The translations under genes were made by a program, and so were the position numbers. The notes under the pieces were generated by a model that saw nothing but the letters and a program-made list of their open reading frames with translations, was not told the origin of the DNA and did no database searches. A DNA stretch of 64,000 nt from positions 6,765 through 70,764 of the forward strand of contig JANXAF010000002.1 of the NCBI GenBank assembly GCA_025062045.1, in the 5' to 3' direction. This stretch comes from Thermodesulfobacteriota bacterium (GTDB taxonomy: Bacteria > Desulfobacterota > Syntrophorhabdia > Syntrophorhabdales > JANXAF01). Within the stretch, counting starts at the first letter, position 1, and each line of letters begins with the position of its first letter. Of the stretch, positions 57,181-64,000 are shown in pieces.

Positions 57181-57726
57181 CTACCTCTGGATTTCTTTGG
57201 CTACTTTCGCTATCGTGTCAATAACCTTCTCAAGTCCATGTCGTCTAAGAAGTGTCATTACCGAAACCGTAAGCTCATCTGTCTTTCGAGGTTCTATCTC
57301 GACTTCTCTTTCAACGTAAGTTAGGGCACCGGGATGGCATTCCTTTACACAAAATGGGATGTCTGTGTCTTCACCTTCACACCCGTCACATTTCAAAGGA
57401 AGGCCCGATTCCGGATCCTTAAATGAGTCCCTTGAAGGACAGGATGCAGGACAGAACTCACACGTTTTGAATTCCCTGCCCTTTATTGTGAAGGCGTTTC
57501 TGGCGTTACATTCGGCTTCCGTGTACTGTCCGGCCCTGATCGCTATGTAGTTATCTGAAAATTCGTCTATTAGCACACGTATTCTCGCCCTTGCAGGGTT
57601 TACGCTCGCGTATTTTGGCGTTGCGTGAATCTGTGAGCAGACTATCTCACAGGATCTACAGCCTGTGCACTTGTCCATATTGAACCTTATCTCTTTAATC
57701 TTCTTTTTTATCCTCTGTCCTTCCAT
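57181..57726 (-). CDS. bamC: BamC-like subunit (multi-[4Fe-4S] ferredoxin partner of the AOR-family subunit)
   Basis: It has CTGCRSCEIVC plus further Cys clusters. I place the start at MEGQRIKK (57726), which follows an AAGGAG SD lying just after the bamB stop. The ORF-track start at 57759 would overlap bamB. Confidence 0.8.
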   Translation of the reverse strand: MEGQRIKKKIKEIRFNMDKCTGCRSCEIVCSQIHATPKYASVNPARARIRVLIDEFSDNYIAIRAGQYTEAECNARNAFTIKGREFKTCEFCPASCPSRDSFKDPESGLPLKCDGCEGEDTDIPFCVKECHPGALTYVEREVEIEPRKTDELTVSVMTLLRRHGLEKVIDTIAKVAKEIQR

Positions 57727-57746
57727 CTTTTTGCGCTCCTTTGGCC

Positions 57747-59711
57747 TTATATCCCCCAAGGATACATGTCTTTGTACTTTTCGTAGACGTTTGGAACCTC
57801 ATCATTTCCTGTGAGAATTCCTCTTTTTAGGAAATCCTCAGCCACAAAATCCAGATTCAGTTTTCTTAAAGTCTCAACCGTAGGAATCCCTTCTTTTGTC
57901 CATCCCTGATACTCATAGTAGCAGTCAAGTAATATCTGTTCGTACTCCGGATTCCTAACCGCCCAGTGGTCTTCAGGCGGCTTTTCGTCAGCCCTTCTCA
58001 TACCCCTCCTCACGTTAAGCGCCCGGACGAGATTTCTATTTCTTTTGTAAACTGTCCAAACCTTGTCCTCATCAAACTCAACGCCCGTAGTAAGTTCAAG
58101 AATCTGGGGAATGTTATGGATATGATAGACGGTTCTCCCACCGAACTGACCCCTAAAGGAAGACACAAATCCGCAAAGGCCCGTTGCGTCGTCTATATAG
58201 TGCATGGCCTCGTTCCATTCAGTTATGGCGCAGGCCATCTCTATCGTCACTCTCTCCCTCTTTTCCCATTCGAGAAACCATCTTTTGAACCTCTCATCCT
58301 TTGCCGCAACCCAACCCTCTACAAATTTTTCCCTCTCTTCGCGGGTAGGGAGAGGATCCTGCGGAAATGAGCCTTCTATTTGAGTTATGTTCATCTTTTC
58401 ACCGGTTGCGATCATTAAGAAGTATGGTGGGTTCAGTTTTCCGAGTTTTATTGGAACCTGTTCGAACTTCTTGGTGGTATTGTGATCGTAAGCTTCTGCT
58501 CCTTTGCCTATCTTCCTTGCAGCCCAATAAACCCCATCGGCAAGGATGTCTCCTATCCCCTCCCTTTTTACGATTTTATCGAGAAAGTAGAAGAAGCGAC
58601 CCTTTATATCCTTTGGCATCCCCGGAAGGTCGTTATCTGTCAGTATCCCCGCCTCATAGAGCTCAAGGGCAAATGCGATGACTTGCGGGGTTGTGTAGGA
58701 GTCTAGTCCTAGATTCTGAGCGACACCCAGTATATCGTAACTAAAGTCCAATTCCTGGAATGCTGCCATATGGTACGTGTCTTTTCCGAAACATTTGTAG
58801 GAGAATCTCTTTCTGCCAGGCCAGGATATAACGTTATGGCATTTTTTTGGACAGTTAAAACATCCGGTCTGTCTGTCCAAATGATCGTATTTTAATTTTG
58901 TGAATCTCTCCTGAATCTCTGGCGTCCAATATCCTTTCCTCCTTACCCTTGCGTTTCCCCATGCGAAGTTGTCATGGTGGAAGCTATCGTCTTCATCTAC
59001 CGCCATCCAGTCACCCACAAAGGGATTTTCAGCTATCTCCTTTCTCAATCTGTTTCCAAGCTCAAAAACTTTTTCTGGATTTGCAACGTAAACATCTTTC
59101 GTTCCCCTTATTGCTATCGCCTTGAGCCTTTTGTCGCCCATTACCGCTCCAGCACCCCTTGCTGCGCTGGCATGGCTGTGATCGATCGATGCGTAGTAGA
59201 CCCTATTTTCACCGGCAGGTCCTATAGCTGCTATTTGGAAGCTATAGCCCAGTTCTTTTTTTAGAACTTCCTGAGTATCGTACGTCCCAAGCCCTTTTAA
59301 GTGGCTTGCATCTCTTATTTCGACTTTGTCGTTGTATATGAGTATGTATACGAGTTTGTCGGCCTTTCCTTTAATGATTATCTTGTCGTATCCCGCAAAT
59401 TTCATCTCCGGCCCGAAATAGCTTCCCATCATTGTATGCGCGTGAAGATTGGTCTGGGGAGAAAAGGTGTTGACGATTGTTCTATTTGCGCCTGGGATCG
59501 GGGTGCCACAAAGTAGCCCGGAACTAAAAATCAAAAGGTTGTCCGGAGAAAAAGGTTCAACCTCCGGGGGTACCCTATCCCATAGGATCCTGTCTGCCGA
59601 TCCCTGGCCTCCGATGTAAAGCTCAAGCCAGCTTGGATCAGATTCAACTTTTTCTATGTTTCCTGTTGATAGGTCAATCTCCAAGAAGTAACCTGTTTCT
59701 GCGTACCTCAT
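57747..59711 (-). CDS. bamB: BamB-like catalytic subunit: tungsten bis-pyranopterin aldehyde:ferredoxin-oxidoreductase-family protein
   Basis: It has the AOR N-domain (MRYAETGY...ILWDRVPPEVEPFSPDNLLIF) and AOR catalytic domains, and is 654 aa. It is followed by the C-D-E-F-G-H-I-type genes in the canonical order. Confidence 0.9.
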   Translation of the reverse strand: MRYAETGYFLEIDLSTGNIEKVESDPSWLELYIGGQGSADRILWDRVPPEVEPFSPDNLLIFSSGLLCGTPIPGANRTIVNTFSPQTNLHAHTMMGSYFGPEMKFAGYDKIIIKGKADKLVYILIYNDKVEIRDASHLKGLGTYDTQEVLKKELGYSFQIAAIGPAGENRVYYASIDHSHASAARGAGAVMGDKRLKAIAIRGTKDVYVANPEKVFELGNRLRKEIAENPFVGDWMAVDEDDSFHHDNFAWGNARVRRKGYWTPEIQERFTKLKYDHLDRQTGCFNCPKKCHNVISWPGRKRFSYKCFGKDTYHMAAFQELDFSYDILGVAQNLGLDSYTTPQVIAFALELYEAGILTDNDLPGMPKDIKGRFFYFLDKIVKREGIGDILADGVYWAARKIGKGAEAYDHNTTKKFEQVPIKLGKLNPPYFLMIATGEKMNITQIEGSFPQDPLPTREEREKFVEGWVAAKDERFKRWFLEWEKRERVTIEMACAITEWNEAMHYIDDATGLCGFVSSFRGQFGGRTVYHIHNIPQILELTTGVEFDEDKVWTVYKRNRNLVRALNVRRGMRRADEKPPEDHWAVRNPEYEQILLDCYYEYQGWTKEGIPTVETLRKLNLDFVAEDFLKRGILTGNDEVPNVYEKYKDMYPWGI

Positions 59712-59715
59712 GCTT

Positions 59716-60492
59716 TCACTCCTTCTGAGCTTTTTGACTGTTTTGCTCGTCTATCTCTTTTGCAGTGGAAATAAGTAGGTTAACGACATCAGTTATTTTA
59801 CTTTCGGGAAGCTGGCTTTTAAGGCCCACAACCCATATGGCCGATTGCACAGTTCTACTGCCTGAGGCAACCGGAACTGCAAGGCCAACCATGCCTTCTA
59901 TATATTCTTCAAAGTCGTATGCTACTCCTTCCCTCTTTACCCTGCGGATCTCCTCTTTATACTTCTCTCTATCTACTATACTTTTTTCGGTATACCGTTT
60001 GAACTCTACCTTTGCCAAAACCTCGTCAATCTTCTCTTCAGGAAGTTGAGAAAGCATCGCTTTTATTCCGGCTCCTGCAAGGGGTGGCATGACCATTCCT
60101 ATTTCCGAGCTAAGCTTTATTCCGTAATCGGCTTCCACTTTATCTATAAGTACGGCTTGGGAGCCCGACCGTACTCCGAGAAATACGGATAGGCCTGTTT
60201 TTTCCTTAATAAGATCGAGGTACGGGTGTACCTTGTGGATCATATTTGACCCTCTCGCGCTCATGCTGGCCAAACTGTAAAAGAGAGTGCCTAAAGCGAA
60301 TTTCCCCGAGGGAAGCGATTCAAGAACGCGAAGCTCAGAGAGGGTGTAAGTTATGTTGTAAACGGTACTTTTGTTTAAGCCCAATCTCTTTGAAATCTCT
60401 GTTATTCCTAGGGGTGTTTGAGCTTTTGCCAAGGTCTCTATTATTTTAAAGCATTTCTCTACTGCCGGGACTTTTCGAAATTTGTTCTCCAT
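59716..60492 (-). CDS. IclR-family transcriptional regulator, 4 bp upstream of bamB
   Basis: It has a wHTH (LGITEISKRLGLNKSTVYNITYTL) and an IclR effector domain, and is 258 aa. Confidence 0.85.
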   Translation of the reverse strand: MENKFRKVPAVEKCFKIIETLAKAQTPLGITEISKRLGLNKSTVYNITYTLSELRVLESLPSGKFALGTLFYSLASMSARGSNMIHKVHPYLDLIKEKTGLSVFLGVRSGSQAVLIDKVEADYGIKLSSEIGMVMPPLAGAGIKAMLSQLPEEKIDEVLAKVEFKRYTEKSIVDREKYKEEIRRVKREGVAYDFEEYIEGMVGLAVPVASGSRTVQSAIWVVGLKSQLPESKITDVVNLLISTAKEIDEQNSQKAQKE

Positions 60493-60506
60493 GTTGAACG
60501 TTATGT

Positions 60507-60535
60507 TTTATATAATAAACGGCAAGCTATGTCAA
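60507..60535 (-). promoter_or_regulatory. Sigma70-like promoter of iclR-bamBCDEFGHI (TTGACA-N17-TATAAA)
   Basis: The minus strand reads TTGACAtagcttgccgtttattaTATAAA. There are 14 nt to the ATG at 60492 and no SD, so the leader is very short. Confidence 0.45.
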
Positions 60536-60548
60536 GGATTTTTTAGAT

Positions 60549-62294
60549 TCAGAGGCTTTCGAGAATTTGGGCCAACATTCTTTCAAGCTTTGCCTCTTCT
60601 GTATCATCCGCGTATTTTGGCGGAAGAACATCTGGGAAGAACTGGAATATGCCCTTTATGATGACCTCCGCATGGGGTGGACATCCGGGAAGATGGATAC
60701 CATTTTTCGCGTTGTGAAGCTGACAAGTGCCCATGAATAGATTTACTCCATTAAGATCTATTTCTCTTCCAGCGTATGGACCAACGTAGATTTTTACAGG
60801 CTTTTCTAACGGTCTGTCTATGAGGAGATTTCCTGGTTCTTTTGGGTCTGGCCTTCTGAGTTTATGGAGAACGAAATGCAAGTATCCTTTACATCCCGGA
60901 CAGGCTCCCTCCTCGTAAATCTTTAGGTCCCGACCTGAATTTAGATTTATTTTTGGCATCTTGAAGGGACTTCTAACCTCTTCTATCTTCGCCCCTATTA
61001 CCTTTATCCTTTCCTGCTCAACAGGACCAAAACCCTGAATGTACGCTAAAAGAACGGGTGGTGAATCGAATGGCTCAAGCCCCATTATTCTCATACAGGT
61101 TGCGTCTATGGCAACCGGGTTTTCTCCTCCGATCAAAAGATTCATGACCTTCGGACTTCCCGATACGGGACCGAAGTCTTCTTGACCGACAAGGCCATCA
61201 ACTATCGTTAGTTTTGTTCTCACAAGATAATGGATGTTTACAAGGTTCTGCCAAAGGCCGAAAAAGTGAGTCATGTACTTTTCTATAGGCGGCATTGTAC
61301 CTTGAAGATTCTTTATGGCAAGCGAAACACAGGCTGCAAAATGGAGTTTCATTACAGGAAGGTTTATGATGACATCCGCATCGAGGAGCGTTTTCGGTAC
61401 TTTCCTTGAGTTCATCCTCCTCCCGTAGGGAACAGGCATCTCCACAGTCTCATCAGTATTTAAGTCAACAAGGCTTACCTTTCCTGGAAAAGACTCTTCC
61501 AGTCTATCGTAACCGTAGATCTTAAACATCTTCGTTGTTGCACTTCTATTTATGGAAGAGCCCTCAGCAACGATGATCCGGGAAGCGTAAGGTAAAAGGT
61601 GCCTAATTAAAGCGTAGACGAGCCTTAAGTCTGTAACAACTCCCCCTTTGTATATGCCATTCACCATACCGTGGTCGGCAACGATATTGGGTTTCAAAAC
61701 TACTGTTTGGCCTTTTTTCACATATTTTCTCACGCCTCCTAGCTTTTCAAAGAGTTCTTTTACCGCCTCGTAGATGTCTTCTTCCGACTGGGCCGGATTA
61801 ACTCTTTGGATGACAACCCGTTCTACTTTTTTAGAAGGTTTTATCTGCTTTATCTCTTTTAGCCTATCGAAGTATACAACTGTACTTAGTTCGAGCTTCT
61901 CTCTGACATAGGACCCATCTTTTACGTATCGAAATGGCCTAAAGCCATAGTCGATAAGGAGCCTCCTCTTTTCTAGATCCATCTTATGGATAGTTGCGGA
62001 GACAAGACTGTGCTTAGCTAAAATGGAATCAAGCGCACAAAAAACTATCTCAGATTGGTTTGGACTTTCGTCTATGTATATCTCCTCTATGTTGCTTTTT
62101 TCCAGGTCAAATACCAAAAAGCCGGAAAATTTTTCTCTTTTCTCTATCCCGTATACTAGAGGCTTCCCTTTTTTCCAATTGCTCCATAGAAAATCCGCAT
62201 ACCCTTCCATTCCTCCAAGCTTCGCGTAATAAGCAGAGATTGCCTTCCTTATCTTCTCAGATAATCTTATCCTTTTAAGGACCACTCCTTCCAT
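60549..62294 (-). CDS. Fusion protein: N-terminal GNAT-like domain plus DUF362 domain with a C-terminal Cys-rich region
   Basis: Residues from about 190 onward (GQTVVLKPNIV...VINLPVMKLH...AIDATCMRIMG) resemble DUF362. The N-terminal 140 or so aa resemble an acetyltransferase fold. The tail reads CPGC...C...GCPPH. Confidence 0.6.
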   Translation of the reverse strand: MEGVVLKRIRLSEKIRKAISAYYAKLGGMEGYADFLWSNWKKGKPLVYGIEKREKFSGFLVFDLEKSNIEEIYIDESPNQSEIVFCALDSILAKHSLVSATIHKMDLEKRRLLIDYGFRPFRYVKDGSYVREKLELSTVVYFDRLKEIKQIKPSKKVERVVIQRVNPAQSEEDIYEAVKELFEKLGGVRKYVKKGQTVVLKPNIVADHGMVNGIYKGGVVTDLRLVYALIRHLLPYASRIIVAEGSSINRSATTKMFKIYGYDRLEESFPGKVSLVDLNTDETVEMPVPYGRRMNSRKVPKTLLDADVIINLPVMKLHFAACVSLAIKNLQGTMPPIEKYMTHFFGLWQNLVNIHYLVRTKLTIVDGLVGQEDFGPVSGSPKVMNLLIGGENPVAIDATCMRIMGLEPFDSPPVLLAYIQGFGPVEQERIKVIGAKIEEVRSPFKMPKINLNSGRDLKIYEEGACPGCKGYLHFVLHKLRRPDPKEPGNLLIDRPLEKPVKIYVGPYAGREIDLNGVNLFMGTCQLHNAKNGIHLPGCPPHAEVIIKGIFQFFPDVLPPKYADDTEEAKLERMLAQILESL

Positions 62295-62334
62295 CTCTAT
62301 CTCTCCTTTCTTGGCTTTATAGAGGGAAAACCCA

Positions 62335-62895
62335 TCAGGGGACCATCTCGTACTCCAAAGCGATGAAAGGCATAGGATCGATAAGTTTCAAAATGTTGGT
62401 GTCCGTCATAACGGACCAATCTAATCTATATGGGAGATCTTTAAGTAAAATTCCAAAAGAAATGTGAATATGGGGGGTTATGTCTTTTTGCCTTTTTGCC
62501 GCAAGGGTACCTATAACTTCACCTCTTTCAAAGCACATACCCTTTTGCAAATTATTTTCCACATTTATGTGTCCCAAAGCCCATACTATGTTTGGATGCG
62601 AAAAGAAAAAAACTGATCTCCCAAGATAGTCATCGATGGAGGACAAAACCTCGCCAGAAAAGATACACGGGATGAGCGTCCCTTCCTCTAACTTTTCGAT
62701 TTTCCCGTTTTTCTTTCTATAAAAGCAGAGGTCTACTCCTTCATGAGGTCTCTTTCTCATTTCCGTGGGTCTCCACCACATCTTCCAGCTTTCAAACAAC
62801 ATCCCTGGACGGAATACCCAGTTTCTAAACCCGTCCAGTCTTTTTTTGTTCACCTTACAAAAGAGGGCGCTCCAGTCTTTTTTACATTTTATCAC
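62335..62895 (-). CDS. M23-peptidase-like protein without a signal peptide
   Basis: It has an HxxxD motif (HEGVD) and an HxH motif (HIHIS), is 186 aa, and has no N-terminal hydrophobic segment. Confidence 0.55.
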   Translation of the reverse strand: MIKCKKDWSALFCKVNKKRLDGFRNWVFRPGMLFESWKMWWRPTEMRKRPHEGVDLCFYRKKNGKIEKLEEGTLIPCIFSGEVLSSIDDYLGRSVFFFSHPNIVWALGHINVENNLQKGMCFERGEVIGTLAAKRQKDITPHIHISFGILLKDLPYRLDWSVMTDTNILKLIDPMPFIALEYEMVP

Positions 62896-63039
62896 GGACA
62901 GTATCTTAAACCGAAAGGTCGGAAAAATTCAAAAAGACCATGAGCTCGTAGTAAATCGAATTTTAGGTTCTTTTAGCTTCCCAGTCTTAATAGTTTAGCT
63001 CCTGTACAAGGATTGCAGAACAATGTAAATAAATAGAGG

Positions 63040-63723
63040 ATGGATGGAATCTTATACGTCGTTTCTACCCCCATCGGGAATCTAAAGGACATCTCTGAGA
63101 GGGCCGTTTCAACTTTAAAACTTGTCGATTTCGTTGTGGCCGAAGACAGAGAAAGGGCAAGAAAGCTTTTAAACTCGATAGGTGTGAAAAAGAGTATCGT
63201 AACCATAAACTCCTACACGGAGAAAAAGAAAGCCAAAGTTATAGTTAAAAAGATCAAAAACGGCGCTTCCTGTGCGCTTATTTCTGGCGCGGGGACTCCT
63301 TGCATTTCTGACCCAGGATTCTTCGTTGTCTCTTCTTGCCACGATGAAAGGATAGAGGTCAAAGTTGTGCCTGGCCCTTCTGCGCTGACGGCTGCAATTG
63401 CTGTAAGTGGGATTCCCATGGATCGCTTTCTTTTTTGGGGTTTTCTTCCCCAGAGGAAGAGCAAAAAAAGAAAAATTTTAAAAGAACTCGCCGGTTTTCC
63501 CTACCCTATCATATTTTTTGAGTCACCTAGAAGACTCCTTGAAACTTTACGGTTGATACACGAGATGTTAGGTTTAAGAAGGATCGCAATAATGAGGGAG
63601 ATGACAAAAATTCACGAAGAAGTCATAAGAACAAATACCGAAAAAGCACCCGAACTCTTTGAAACTAAAAACCTTCTTGGCGAGTTCACAATCATAGTTG
63701 ATAGGGCGGAAAGACGAGAATAA
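63040..63723 (+). CDS. rsmI: 16S rRNA (cytidine1402-2'-O)-methyltransferase
   Basis: It has LYVVSTPIGNLKDIS, AEDRERARKLL and SDPG motifs of the tetrapyrrole-methylase-fold RsmI. Confidence 0.9.
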   Translation: MDGILYVVSTPIGNLKDISERAVSTLKLVDFVVAEDRERARKLLNSIGVKKSIVTINSYTEKKKAKVIVKKIKNGASCALISGAGTPCISDPGFFVVSSCHDERIEVKVVPGPSALTAAIAVSGIPMDRFLFWGFLPQRKSKKRKILKELAGFPYPIIFFESPRRLLETLRLIHEMLGLRRIAIMREMTKIHEEVIRTNTEKAPELFETKNLLGEFTIIVDRAERRE

Positions 63724-64000
63724 AACGACTTCCTTTTCCTTTTTCACTCTCTACAAAGATTTCACCCTTTAGTGATTTAACTATCTCGTAGCTTACGTAA
63801 AGGCCAAGACCGACCCCCTGATGTTTTGTTGTGAAGAACGGCTTAAAAAGGTTCTTTTTTGTCTCCTCGTCCATTCCACATCCGTTATCCTCAATAACTA
63901 TCCTTAGACTTCCGTCCTCAGTGTTATCCGTCGCAATTTTTAAATACCCATTTTTCTCTCCTATTGCCTCTATCCCGTTTTTTATGAGATTTATGAGGAC
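63692..64000 (-). CDS. Sensor histidine kinase, C-terminal HATPase_c part only (N-terminus outside window)
   Basis: The frame is open to the window edge. It has the N box LINLIKNGIEA, G1 DNGCGM, F box FKPFFTTK and G2 GVGLGL. Confidence 0.8.
   Translation of the reverse strand, partial: VLINLIKNGIEAIGEKNGYLKIATDNTEDGSLRIVIEDNGCGMDEETKKNLFKPFFTTKHQGVGLGLYVSYEIVKSLKGEIFVESEKGKGSRFILVFPPYQL

Overview
The window is a compact, almost fully coding bacterial stretch. The proteins are rich in Lys, Glu and Ile, which suggests a thermophile. The Lol system, an OmlA-type lipoprotein and TRAP/ABC periplasmic binding proteins point to a diderm cell. About half of the window is housekeeping: a 5'-truncated H+-pyrophosphatase, an atpF'FHAGDC operon, purB, rimO, lysS, lolCD, gatB, queA-tgt-yajC, rpsF-(mini SSB)-rpsR-rplI-dnaB, tsaC/sua5, ftsY and rsmI. 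The rest reads as anaerobic aromatic-acid catabolism. (i) 49.4-60.5 kb on the minus strand holds an IclR gene followed by eight genes whose order and domain content match the tungsten-dependent class II benzoyl-CoA reductase bamBCDEFGHI. (ii) 32.3-42.2 kb holds an orphan iorA, an IclR gene, a cytoplasmic molybdo/tungstopterin oxidoreductase and a mini ferredoxin. This operon converges on a benzoate-CoA-ligase-family gene and a TRAP transporter. (iii) 44.8-47.1 kb holds an acyl-CoA dehydrogenase, a 71-aa biotinyl carrier and an orphan HgdC/BcrAD-type activase. The best single observation is that the MvhD-like bamF gene is split in the ORF track by an in-frame TGA. That codon sits where MvhD proteins carry a conserved Cys and is followed by an extended hairpin, so it is a probable selenocysteine codon with a SECIS element. 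Other points are an epsilon subunit lacking its C-terminal domain, an 86-aa PriB/SSB-like OB protein in the rpsF-rpsR slot, several apparently leaderless genes, one clear intrinsic terminator, and one unusually long non-coding gap. I saw no rRNA, tRNA, CRISPR array, IS element or recognisable defence system.
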